From NCBI GenBank assembly GCA_963579845.1, contig CAUZHS010000005.1:1-48978 (forward strand): a DNA stretch of 48,978 nucleotides, read 5' to 3'. The notes beneath the pieces are model-generated. The model was not told where the DNA came from, searched no databases, and saw nothing but the letters and a program-made list of their open reading frames with translations. This document shows, in pieces, positions 33,369-42,323 of this stretch (position 1 is the stretch's first letter; every line of letters begins with the position of its first letter). This stretch comes from Dehalococcoidia bacterium (GTDB taxonomy: Bacteria; Chloroflexota; Dehalococcoidia; Lucifugimonadales; Australimonadaceae). The position numbers and the translations under genes are program-made.

Positions 33369-33806
33369 CTACTGCGGAGTCACTTCCACAACCCCGTAAT
33401 ACGTGTCATGGGTCAGCACTCTGCCTAGCGACGCTATGTCAATGTGACGCGGCCATGAAGACTCCATCCATACGTGCATTATCTCGTAATGCAGCTGGGT
33501 CAGGGACAGCGGGTCCTTGGGATGGGTCAGGAGAATGCGGAAGCTCATCTCCATCACCGAAAATTGGGGATTGAAGAATTCTGGGTCGGTGACGCAATTC
33601 TGCTTTATCAACCTGCGTAGTTCCCTGAACTTCATCGTCTTCCACGCATCGGATGACTTCAGCTTTGCGCGGGAGGCTTCGCACAGGCGGCTGCTCAGCA
33701 ACGCGTTGACTGACCTCCCGGCGGCCTCAATAGCGTTGGGATTGATGGCGAAGAAGCGTTCTTGGATCTCCGTTCCGGAGACCTCTGGGGATGAGTCGGT
33801 GGTCAT
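33369..33806 (-). CDS. Hypothetical protein, translationally coupled to moeA
   Basis: 145-aa ORF with ATGA overlap on the moeA stop; RS..LSSRLC and D.YYG motifs resemble, from memory, a Chloroflexota conserved hypothetical. Confidence 0.8.
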   Translation of the reverse strand: MTTDSSPEVSGTEIQERFFAINPNAIEAAGRSVNALLSSRLCEASRAKLKSSDAWKTMKFRELRRLIKQNCVTDPEFFNPQFSVMEMSFRILLTHPKDPLSLTQLHYEIMHVWMESSWPRHIDIASLGRVLTHDTYYGVVEVTPQ

Positions 33807-35107
33807 TCGGTTAACCTCACTGAATTGAATTGTTCCCACGGGTCTAGCCAGTCCAGGACTTCCACGGTGACCCGTGCTCCTGCCGGTTTCTCAGATAACT
33901 CTTCCGGACAGATGGCCAGGCCCTGTGCCATGACCAATGAGGTGAGCAGATTCGAACCCTGTCCACCAGCCAGTCGTGCGTGTGTCTCGCCGTCACGACG
34001 TTCCAAGAGTACGCGGGCGTAGACGCGCCGTCCGTCGGCGTTGACGATGGGTTCGTCCAACACTGCCTCGATTCGCGGGAGCGGCGCTGGCGGCCGGCCC
34101 ATCATTTTCGCCATGGCTGGCCTGCCAAACTGCACCATGGCCACCAGCGCGCTGACGGGGTTGCCGGGCAGGCCTAGGTGCGGCACCATGCGCCCATCGG
34201 GGGCCTGTAAGGTGCCGAAGGCCAGCGGACGAGATGGTCGCATGCGCACGGCCCAGAAGGAGATGGAGCCCAAATCATCGAGGGCATCCTTCACCATATC
34301 AAAGGCCCCGGCGCTTACCCCTGCCGAGGTTATGAGCATATCGGCGCTAAGCCCCTGTTGTAGCTTCGCCTTTAAATCTGCCCTATCATCCCGCGCGATG
34401 CCCAGGAGCTGTGGTATACCGCCGTAGCGCCGCACCGCCGCCGCCACCGTGTAGGTATTGCTATCGAAGAGTTTTCCCGGCTCTGGCGATTCGCCTGGGG
34501 TCTGGACCTCATCACCGGTGGCGAGGATGGCCACGCGGGGCCGACGGACCACCGGCACCTGTGCGTACCCTAGAGAAGCGAGGCTCCCGATCGACGGCGG
34601 GTCGAGCAGGTGGCCGCGCTTGAGCACTAGACTCCCTCGAGCAACGTCTTCTCCGGCAGGCCGGATATGTTGGCCGGAAAGCGGGCCTTCGTGAATGGTT
34701 ACTTCGGTCAGCGGCAGGCCCGCTGCCAGCAGCTTCGGCTCGTCGGTCATCTCGAAAGGCACCACTGCGTCGGCGCCTTCCGGTAGCGGCGCGCCGGTCA
34801 TGATGCGCACCGCTGTTCCCGCCTCTACGGGAGTGAGTGGCATCTGGCCTGCTTGCACCTGGGCTACCACGCGCAGCACGGTTGCCTGATCGTCCGAGCG
34901 GACCGCGTAGCCGTCCATGGCCGAATTGGCCAAGGCAGGGATATCGAAGCGCGCGTGGATGTCGGAAGCTAGAACTAGCCCATCGGCCTCCAGCAACGGC
35001 ACCTCAGTTGATGGAAGCTCCTCCATCAGGGCCAAGACCCGTTTCCTGGCCTCTTCTACGCTCAGCATATCGGCCCGATGGGGATGAACGTGATGTTGCG
35101 CTGCCAT
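33803..35107 (-). CDS. moeA: Molybdopterin molybdotransferase MoeA
   Basis: NSAMDGYA, RIMTGAPLPEGADAVVPFE, TGDE, GLPGNPVS. Confidence 0.96.
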   Translation of the reverse strand: MAAQHHVHPHRADMLSVEEARKRVLALMEELPSTEVPLLEADGLVLASDIHARFDIPALANSAMDGYAVRSDDQATVLRVVAQVQAGQMPLTPVEAGTAVRIMTGAPLPEGADAVVPFEMTDEPKLLAAGLPLTEVTIHEGPLSGQHIRPAGEDVARGSLVLKRGHLLDPPSIGSLASLGYAQVPVVRRPRVAILATGDEVQTPGESPEPGKLFDSNTYTVAAAVRRYGGIPQLLGIARDDRADLKAKLQQGLSADMLITSAGVSAGAFDMVKDALDDLGSISFWAVRMRPSRPLAFGTLQAPDGRMVPHLGLPGNPVSALVAMVQFGRPAMAKMMGRPPAPLPRIEAVLDEPIVNADGRRVYARVLLERRDGETHARLAGGQGSNLLTSLVMAQGLAICPEELSEKPAGARVTVEVLDWLDPWEQFNSVRLTE

Positions 35108-35130
35108 GGGCCTCCTTTCTTCAACATCGC

Positions 35131-37554
35131 CTACACGCGTAAGATAGCGCCCGTTTGTGCCTCTAATTCGCCAACCAGCGATTGGATCGTTTCATTCAAC
35201 TGCTCAGGAGAGAGGGTGCCGGAGTCCGATTGCAGCTCTAGCCGGTAGGCCAGCGACTTTTTCCCCTGTGGTAGAGGGTCTCCTGAAAACAGGTCGAAGA
35301 GCACAGCCCGCCGGACCAACGGGTGCTCCTTAAGAATGGAACGGAGATGTTCAGCGGAAACGTGTTCATCGACGACCAGGGCCAGGTCACGGTCAGCGCT
35401 CGGGAAGCGAGTGAACGGCTGGTAATGGTATCGAAGTGCAGGCATCTCGTCGAGCAGCGCATCAAGGTCGATCTCAAAGCAGGCGATGGGCTTGACCGGC
35501 AGCCCGAAACGAACGACGGCGCTGGGGTGCAGTTCTCCAAGCGTGCCCACCGTGCGGCCATGCACCTTGATATGGGCGGAACGGCCGGGGTGGAACATCG
35601 GGTCATCACCGCGTTCCACTGTGGTCTCCAGTCCTAAGTGGTCCATCATCTCAAGCACAATCCCCTTGGCGTCGAAGAAGTCCAAGGGCTCCGCCCCCTT
35701 GTTCCACAGCGAATCGCCCCTAGGGCCGGCCATTGCGGAAAAGATCACCTGGCGCTCCTCCGGCAGATCTTCCAAGCGCGGGAGGTAGACGCTTCCGGCC
35801 TCGAACACGCCTAGCCTGTTCGGAGGCAAACGTAATCCAGACGATAGCTTGTGGAGAACACTGCTCCGGAACGTCGTGCGCAGATACTCCTGCTCACGGC
35901 TCATAGGGTTGGCCAATCGGAGCGGTGCACCTTCCGATTTGATGGGACTTTCCGCTTCGGCTAGCACGGTGGCACTTACCAGAGAGTAGGAGATCGTCTC
36001 TTGGAGTCCGCAGGTGACTAGCAGGTCTTTGATCCGCTCGCGTATATCGCGCGTGGGGTTGGGCTCATAGTTGGGCAGTCTGCCGGAGAGAGGTTCGCCT
36101 TGTACGGAATCGTATCCGAGGATGCGGACGACCTCTTCAATCACGTCCTCTTCGATGGAGACATCGCTTCGCCAGTAGGGCGGTGTCGCGAGAACGACTT
36201 CGGGATCCTTCGGATCGCTCCCCGGTTCGGGCTCAAGTGCAAAGCCCAATGCTTCAAGCACCTGGGTGATCTGGTCATACGAGAACTCGGCGCCCATGAG
36301 GTCCTGCAGCCGTTGGCGGCGCATGGCTACTGGCGGGATCTCCCGGGTTCCTGGGAACGCTTCCGCGACGCTCTGGTCCGCAGTGCCCCCGGCGGTCTCT
36401 AGAATCAATCCCGTTGCTCGTTGGAGGGCCCGCATCGCCATCTCGGGGTTCAGGGTCTTCTCAAACCGGGTCGATGCCTCGGTGCGGAGCTTCAGGCGCT
36501 GGGTGGTCCGCCGGGTGTTAATCCCGTTGAAGGTGGCCGATTCCAGGAGCACGTCGGTGGTCGCCTTAGCCATTTCGCTATTGGCGCCGCCCATAATCCC
36601 CGCCAGGGCGATCCCCCGTTCTGGGTCGGCGATGAGCAGCATGGGCGGTTGAAGCTCATATTCCTCCCCGTCCAGGGTGGTGAATTTTTCCTTCTCGCGC
36701 GCCGCCCGTACCACGATGGTCCCCTGCCGCACATTCTGCAGGTCGAAGGCGTGAAGGGGCTGACCGTATTCGAGCATCACGTAGTTAGTGACGTCCACCA
36801 CGTTGTTGATGGGGTGTAAGCCGGCGGCGACGAGACGCGCTTGCATCCACTGGGGCGACGGACCGACCTTGACGCCCCGGACGACCGTGGCCAGGTAACG
36901 GCTGCACAGTTCCGGGTTCTCGATAACGACCTTCAACGACTCGCTGATAGCGGGCCCATCGGACGCATAGTCGAGCGCTGGTTCTGTGACCTGCGTTCCG
37001 GTTGCGGCGGCGAGTTCGTGGGCGATTCCCAAGAGAGAGAGACAGTCGGGACGGTTTGAGGTGACCTCCACGTCAAGGACGGCGTCTTGGAAGTAATCAG
37101 CCAGAGGCTGGCCGATGGCCGCCACTTCTGGCAATACGAGAATTCCGTCGTGACTTTCCCCCATCCCCAATTCCCGCTCCGAGCAGACCATGCCCGCCGA
37201 AGTGACTCCCCTGATGGTGGCTGCCTCCAGGGTGAAGTGACTGCCGCCCCCAGAGTCCACTAAGCGGGCGCCCACCTGGGCGAAGGCGACGTGCTGGCCT
37301 TGTTCGATGTTGGGCGCGCCGCAGACCACTGTCGGGGCCTCGTTTCCTATGTCCACGGTAGCTAGCTGGAGACGGTCGGCGTTGGGGTGCGCTTCGAGCT
37401 TCACCACGCGGCCTACCACCACCCGGTCCCACCCTGCGCTGGCGCCGGGCTCATAGATGGTCTCGATTCCAGCCATGGTCAAGCGGTGGGCAATCTCGGC
37501 AGGGGGTAGGTTGAGTGGGACGTATGTGGCTAGCCAGGCGAGGGGTACCTTCAT
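35131..37554 (-). CDS. pheT: Phenylalanine-tRNA ligase beta subunit
   Basis: MKVPLAWL start 37554, HPNADRL, VVCGAPN, NRPDCLS, NNVVDVTNYVMLE, FDX-ACB end. Confidence 0.97.
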   Translation of the reverse strand: MKVPLAWLATYVPLNLPPAEIAHRLTMAGIETIYEPGASAGWDRVVVGRVVKLEAHPNADRLQLATVDIGNEAPTVVCGAPNIEQGQHVAFAQVGARLVDSGGGSHFTLEAATIRGVTSAGMVCSERELGMGESHDGILVLPEVAAIGQPLADYFQDAVLDVEVTSNRPDCLSLLGIAHELAAATGTQVTEPALDYASDGPAISESLKVVIENPELCSRYLATVVRGVKVGPSPQWMQARLVAAGLHPINNVVDVTNYVMLEYGQPLHAFDLQNVRQGTIVVRAAREKEKFTTLDGEEYELQPPMLLIADPERGIALAGIMGGANSEMAKATTDVLLESATFNGINTRRTTQRLKLRTEASTRFEKTLNPEMAMRALQRATGLILETAGGTADQSVAEAFPGTREIPPVAMRRQRLQDLMGAEFSYDQITQVLEALGFALEPEPGSDPKDPEVVLATPPYWRSDVSIEEDVIEEVVRILGYDSVQGEPLSGRLPNYEPNPTRDIRERIKDLLVTCGLQETISYSLVSATVLAEAESPIKSEGAPLRLANPMSREQEYLRTTFRSSVLHKLSSGLRLPPNRLGVFEAGSVYLPRLEDLPEERQVIFSAMAGPRGDSLWNKGAEPLDFFDAKGIVLEMMDHLGLETTVERGDDPMFHPGRSAHIKVHGRTVGTLGELHPSAVVRFGLPVKPIACFEIDLDALLDEMPALRYHYQPFTRFPSADRDLALVVDEHVSAEHLRSILKEHPLVRRAVLFDLFSGDPLPQGKKSLAYRLELQSDSGTLSPEQLNETIQSLVGELEAQTGAILRV

Positions 37555-37692
37555 GGTGTAAGCCGGTCTCCGGGAGTGTGGATGTGTTTGGGGAAAGGCG
37601 GTTCTTAGTATAGCCGAGCCGCCTGCTTCCCGCATCGAAGGGAGGGCGCACCCTGCACTCATTACCGAGAGAACCAGCGGCGCTTTAGCCCT

Positions 37693-37718
37693 GTCATTCC
37701 GGAGAAGGCCGGAATGAC
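37693..37718. repeat. REP-like palindrome GTCATTCCGG-AGAAGG-CCGGAATGAC
   Basis: Perfect 10-bp stem; related to degenerate element at 44998-45062. Confidence 0.55.
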
Positions 37719-37779
37719 GCGCCCCCGCAAGTGGGTCAAGGTTCAAGCGGCGCGATTTATCGGAGGTAGACCTTGGTTG

Positions 37780-37977
37780 CTAGACGGCGACTACGTGGAA
37801 TGTGGTCATGCGGCCCCGGGTCATGCCCAAGTCGACCATCTCGATCAGCACGGTCGGCTCCGTCTTGTCGTTGAACTCCAGCAGGACCGGGCTATCCAAG
37901 AAGTGTGTAAGGAAATCGTCCCGGCCAGAATCGGACGGTGTGAGCAGCCCATCCCAGACCTTGGCGCGGCCCGGCAT
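37780..37977 (-). CDS. Small hypothetical protein (65 aa)
   Basis: MPGRAKVWDG..FHVVAV; AAGGGAG RBS; co-oriented with neighbours. Confidence 0.5.
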   Translation of the reverse strand: MPGRAKVWDGLLTPSDSGRDDFLTHFLDSPVLLEFNDKTEPTVLIEMVDLGMTRGRMTTFHVVAV

Positions 37978-38080
37978 GCTCAGGCTCCCTTGAAAGACCC
38001 GGGCCTGTCCCCCACCTCCCCCTCGGGCGACTTTACGAGGACGAGTCCACGGTCGAGTATGCGAGCCTTCCTGTCCTACT

Positions 38081-39406
38081 CTAGTTGATTCGTTTGAGGG
38101 AAGGGTAAGCAACGAACATGATGAAGGCGGTGACAACGCACGCCACGCCAAAGATAATCTGCGCGACCTGCGGGCCCAGGGCCGCCGCCGAGAACCCGGC
38201 GATAGCGCCGCCGAAGGCCGTCAGCGCTCTGTCCATGCTGATGAGACCCATCATCCGCCCACGCATTTCGTCGGGAGCGTTGTGGAGGATAGAGGTGTTT
38301 ACCAGCGGCATGAACATGGACTGGGTGAAACCTAGGACAGCTATGACACCGAAGGTTAGGAGGACCGTGTCCAGGTAGGTCGAGGCGGAGAAGGCCACCA
38401 AGAGCGCGCCGACCGCCGCCAGGGTGCCCATCATAATCATCCCACGGTGCGTGCTGGGACTGAGGGTCGCCAGCACTAACGAACCGAGCACACCGCCCGC
38501 GCCTGCTACGGCCATCATGAAGCCGAAGCCCGACGCTCCAATGTCCATGATCTGGGTCGCGAAGAGGGGAGAAAATACTTGCATGAAGCTCATAGCGAAG
38601 GCAAAGTAGCCTAGGGCGATGATAAGCACCCCCCGGATATCGGGGGTCTTCCAGGCGTATTTAAATCCCTCCACTAGATCGCGGCCCATGCTTTTCGCGC
38701 TTCGCTCCCCCCGCCGTTTCTGGGGCACCACGCGTAGCATCAGCGTGAAGATGACGGCAAGGACGTAGACCACCGCGATGGTGACGAAGGCCGCTTCGAC
38801 ACCTGCGAAGCCGATGAGGAACCCGGCGGCAGTCGCGCCCACGATGCGCATCACTTGCATGCTGCCGGTACTTAAGGTCATGGCGTTGGTGATTAGGTGC
38901 GCGGGCACGATGGAGGGTATCATGGCGCGCCGCGCTGGCTGGTCGAAGGCCATGGTCACGCCGCGAAGGAGCGTGAAAAGGTAAATATGCCAGACCTCAA
39001 TCTGACCGAAGACAAGGATAGCGGCGAAGATGATGCTCAATCCCAACACGAGGACCTTGGTGACAATCATCACCGTGCGCCGGTCGAAGTTGTCGGCCAC
39101 CACTCCGGCGAACATACCGAAGGTGACCGACGCCACGGTGCGCAAGGCCATGACCATTCCTAGTTGGGCTGCGGAATCGGTGAGCTGCAAGATCAGCAGT
39201 GGCCGCGCCACCATCTCCAGCCACAGTGCGCCAGCATGGGTCATCTGGCCCAGCCACAGGAACACAAAGTTCCGGTAGGCCAAAGAGGCGAAGGTGTTCC
39301 TGAAGGAGAAGCTGCGGGCTTCTCTCGTCTCGGTTGGGAGGGCGGCTATCCCCGGCTCGTCATCGTCGAGAACGGGTTCGTCTATGGAAGAGATGTCGCG
39401 TACCAT
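38081..39406 (-). CDS. MFS transporter
   Basis: About 12 TM, AGVVADNFDRR motif A, FDQPARRAMIP, PDEMRGR. Confidence 0.93.
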   Translation of the reverse strand: MVRDISSIDEPVLDDDEPGIAALPTETREARSFSFRNTFASLAYRNFVFLWLGQMTHAGALWLEMVARPLLILQLTDSAAQLGMVMALRTVASVTFGMFAGVVADNFDRRTVMIVTKVLVLGLSIIFAAILVFGQIEVWHIYLFTLLRGVTMAFDQPARRAMIPSIVPAHLITNAMTLSTGSMQVMRIVGATAAGFLIGFAGVEAAFVTIAVVYVLAVIFTLMLRVVPQKRRGERSAKSMGRDLVEGFKYAWKTPDIRGVLIIALGYFAFAMSFMQVFSPLFATQIMDIGASGFGFMMAVAGAGGVLGSLVLATLSPSTHRGMIMMGTLAAVGALLVAFSASTYLDTVLLTFGVIAVLGFTQSMFMPLVNTSILHNAPDEMRGRMMGLISMDRALTAFGGAIAGFSAAALGPQVAQIIFGVACVVTAFIMFVAYPSLKRIN

Positions 39407-39506
39407 AAAGCGTTAGGTTCCCTCAGCTTGTGCGCATCCACATTGTTTCGGAGATCTGCTGAGAGGGGTAAAAAGGGTGTGTAGGCAAAATGCGGACGGG
39501 AGCCTG

Positions 39507-39784
39507 TCACTGGAGCGTGGCGGCGAACTCTGCGCCCCGCTGCACCCAGCGCTCCAGCTCAGCGTCTGCTTGCGACCCATCGGATCGACGTACACGAACC
39601 CGGTCATGGGACTTTCGAGGCGGTCTGTGTCCACCCGCACTATGCGCTCGTCTCCCGTGACGTCACAGCACATGTGGCCATGCATTATGAAGCAGATGCC
39701 GCCGAATATCTTTCGTTTGCTTAGCCCTTGGCGCTTGAGGAGGACCATCCGAATCCGATCTGCCAGGTCTTTGCTATAGGCCAT
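39507..39784 (-). pseudogene. TfoX N-terminal-domain protein, degraded
   Basis: MAYSKDLADRIR..KIFGGICF..GHMCC..PMTGFVYVDP, then C-terminal ADAELERWVQRGAEFAATLQ* in another frame. Confidence 0.75.
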
Positions 39785-39833
39785 TGGCTTCTCCCTCACG
39801 GAGTTCACTGGGTCGGCAGAGACGGGGAAGGGG

Positions 39834-40898
39834 TTACGGAAACTGGCGAAGGAAGCGGATGTCGTTGGCGTAGAACAGCCGGATGTCGTCGATGCCGTAC
39901 TTCACCATGGCAATGCGCTCGGCCCCCATACCGAAGGCGAAACCGGAGTAGACTTCCGGGTCGTAGCCCGACATTCGGAGCACGTTGGGGTGCACCATGC
40001 CCGCGCCCATAATCTCGATCCACCCTTCGCCCCTGCACACCTTGCATTCCAGGTCAGCGCCCTGACAGATGAAGCAATCCACTGCCATATCCGCTCCGGG
40101 TTCCACGAAGGGAAAGTAGTCGCAGCGGAATCGGACCTTCCGATCCTCGCCGAACATCTGCCGGGCGAACTTGTAGAGGGTGTGCCGGAGGTTGGCGAAG
40201 CTGATTCCCTTGTCTACCACCAGCCCCTCGACCTGGAAGAGCTGGGATTCGTGGGTCGCGTCGGTGGCTTCATAGCGCCAGCACTTTCCCGGCACCAGCA
40301 CGCGGACGGGTGGCTCGGTGCTGTCCATGACCCTGGCCTGCATGGGCGAGGTGTGGGTCCGCAACAGCATCGGGTATTCCCCGTCTTGCCCCTGCATGGA
40401 GTCCACCCACAACGTGTCCCATTGGTCCCGGGCCGGGTGGCCCTTGGGGATATTCATGCGCTCGAAGTTGAAGTAATCCCACTCGACTTCGGGACCTTCG
40501 GCGATCTGAAAGCCCATGGAACTAAAGATCTGGGATATCTCGCGAACCACGATGGTCAGCGGGTGATAGCGGCCCATGTCCACCGGTCTGCCGGGCAGCG
40601 AAATGTCGACCTGGTCTGAGGCCAGCCCCTGCATGGACGCGTCGTGCAAGAGGGCCAGGCGTTCTGCTAGTTGCTCTTCCAAGAGCGTTTTCAGTTGGTT
40701 GGATGTCGCGCCCACGGTTCTGCGGGCCTCCGGTTCCAGCGACGCTAGCCCACGCAACACTTCGGTGAGGCGTCCCTTGCGACCGAGGTAGGTGATGCGC
40801 CAGTTCTCTATGGCCGTATCATCCTCAGCGGTGCCGAGCTCGCTCAGGGCGGCAGTCTGGAGCGCTTCCAAGCTGGCCAGATGGGACTCAATGGTCAT
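39834..40898 (-). CDS. pheS: Phenylalanine-tRNA ligase alpha subunit
   Basis: HPARD, LLRTHTSPMQ, FQVEGL, YFPFVEP, GFAFGMGAER. Confidence 0.97.
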   Translation of the reverse strand: MTIESHLASLEALQTAALSELGTAEDDTAIENWRITYLGRKGRLTEVLRGLASLEPEARRTVGATSNQLKTLLEEQLAERLALLHDASMQGLASDQVDISLPGRPVDMGRYHPLTIVVREISQIFSSMGFQIAEGPEVEWDYFNFERMNIPKGHPARDQWDTLWVDSMQGQDGEYPMLLRTHTSPMQARVMDSTEPPVRVLVPGKCWRYEATDATHESQLFQVEGLVVDKGISFANLRHTLYKFARQMFGEDRKVRFRCDYFPFVEPGADMAVDCFICQGADLECKVCRGEGWIEIMGAGMVHPNVLRMSGYDPEVYSGFAFGMGAERIAMVKYGIDDIRLFYANDIRFLRQFP

Positions 40899-40969
40899 AA
40901 TCCGCCTCACGCATTCTCTTTCCATGGCCTTGGCCACGGCGCATTCCGGGGATTATACGGGTGGCAGAG

Positions 40970-41014
40970 AAAGAACAAAAGGTCTCGTTGCCGGTATATA
41001 CCGGCAACGAGACC
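40970..41014 (-). terminator. Intrinsic terminator of hsp20 (perfect 34-nt palindrome plus T tract)
   Basis: GGTCTCGTTGCCGGTAT|ATACCGGCAACGAGACC at 40981-41014, followed by TTTTGTTCTTT on minus strand. Confidence 0.85.
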
Positions 41015-41071
41015 CGCTCATGGAGGGGCACCGCGTCGTGACGTGGCGACTCCTACTGTTTGTTGGCCGGG

Positions 41072-41524
41072 TTAAGCAGCCTTGTCGTTGGGCACCTCAA
41101 CGGTGATTTTCTGCGGCCTCTTCCCCTCCAACTTCGGGAAGCTCACCGTAAGCGTCCCGTTGGCATAGCTGGACGTCGCCTTCTCGGCGTCCACCGTGTC
41201 CGGAAGCCGGAGTGACCGAGAGAAGGTGCCCGAGCGCCGCTCCTGAATCAGATAACTCGGTTGCCCCCCTTCTGTTTCCTGATGCGTGTGTCCAGTGAGG
41301 GCCAGAAGGCCATCTTCCACGGTCACGTTAATATCGCCAGGACTGATACCCGGCACTGACGCTTGGATCACAATATGACCCTCCTTTTCCACCACGTCCA
41401 GGGGAATACCCCAGCCTTCCGTCTGCGTTTCACGGTAACCAGAGCCAAACCCGCGCCACGCGCGGTCAACCACCCCCTCCATCCTGCGCAACTCCCTCAT
41501 GGGGTACCACCATTGAAGTACCAT
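41072..41524 (-). CDS. Small heat-shock protein (Hsp20/alpha-crystallin)
   Basis: PLDVVE..VPGI, ERRSGTFSRSLRLP, A.YANGTLTV; AGGAGG RBS. Confidence 0.95.
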   Translation of the reverse strand: MVLQWWYPMRELRRMEGVVDRAWRGFGSGYRETQTEGWGIPLDVVEKEGHIVIQASVPGISPGDINVTVEDGLLALTGHTHQETEGGQPSYLIQERRSGTFSRSLRLPDTVDAEKATSSYANGTLTVSFPKLEGKRPQKITVEVPNDKAA

Positions 41525-41587
41525 CACGTGCCTCCTTCTCTCTTTCTTATCCATATGCCCGCTGTTCTCCGGTCACCAACGAGGCTG

Positions 41588-41653
41588 AAGTCATCAATCT
41601 TATGACTTAAAACTATTATGTAATCTATATATTATAAAGTCAATAAGATTGAT
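41588..41653 (-). promoter_or_regulatory. hsp20 promoter embedded in inverted repeats
   Basis: Minus strand TTGACT-17 nt-CATAAT, flanked by ATCAATCTTATGACTT / AAGTCAATAAGATTGAT arms. Confidence 0.7.
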
Positions 41654-41702
41654 ATGGAACGTATCATATGTGACCTCCATCTCCCTCTGCTATGATAGAG
41701 GC

Positions 41703-42323
41703 ATGAACCGGCCCAAACTGCTGCTGGCCACCTCCAACTCGGGTAAAGTCCTCGAGCTTCGGCGCATCTTGCAGAAGCTGGACTATGAGTTGCTTGTCCC
41801 GGGCGACTTGGGGATGCGGCTTGATGTAGATGAACACGGCGCTACCTTTGCTGAAAACGCTACGCTCAAGGCGGTGGCCTATGCCGAAGCCGCTGGTGTG
41901 CTGGCTATGGGCGACGACTCTGGCATCGATGTGGAGATTCTTGGCGGCGAACCGGGCATTCACTCCGCCCGTTTCGGCGGCCCGGGGCTCACCGATCACG
42001 ACCGTATGATGCGTCTCTGGCAGCAGATGGAGGGCGTTCCGGAGGCCCAACGTGGGTGCAGGTACGTTGCCGCCATCGTACTGGCGTGGCCCACGGGCCG
42101 CACCGAACTTTTTGAAGGCGTCTGCTCGGGCACAATTGCCCAGGAACCAGTGGGAATGGAGGGGTTCGGCTACGACCCCATCTTCTTCCTCCCGGACCGG
42201 GGCATGACGATCGCCGAGATGAGCGATGAGGACAAAGATGCTATCAGTCACCGGGGCAGGGCAGTTCGCCAAGCTGCAAATCTGCTCCATAGGCTTGCCC
42301 TCAGCGGACAGGTGCTATCGTGA
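41703..42323 (+). CDS. rdgB: Non-canonical purine NTP (XTP/dITP) pyrophosphatase, RdgB/HAM1 family
   Basis: ATSNSGK, FAENATLKA, DDSG, PGIHSAR, FGYDPIF, ISHRG. Confidence 0.95.
   Translation: MNRPKLLLATSNSGKVLELRRILQKLDYELLVPGDLGMRLDVDEHGATFAENATLKAVAYAEAAGVLAMGDDSGIDVEILGGEPGIHSARFGGPGLTDHDRMMRLWQQMEGVPEAQRGCRYVAAIVLAWPTGRTELFEGVCSGTIAQEPVGMEGFGYDPIFFLPDRGMTIAEMSDEDKDAISHRGRAVRQAANLLHRLALSGQVLS

Noticed and set aside
40020-40085. CxxC..CxxC insert in PheS
   Set aside because: Known feature of many Firmicutes and Chloroflexota PheS proteins; not novel.
40899-41070. T-box leader for pheS
   Set aside because: No T-box consensus; the long palindrome is the hsp20 terminator and pheS has its own TATAAT downstream of it.
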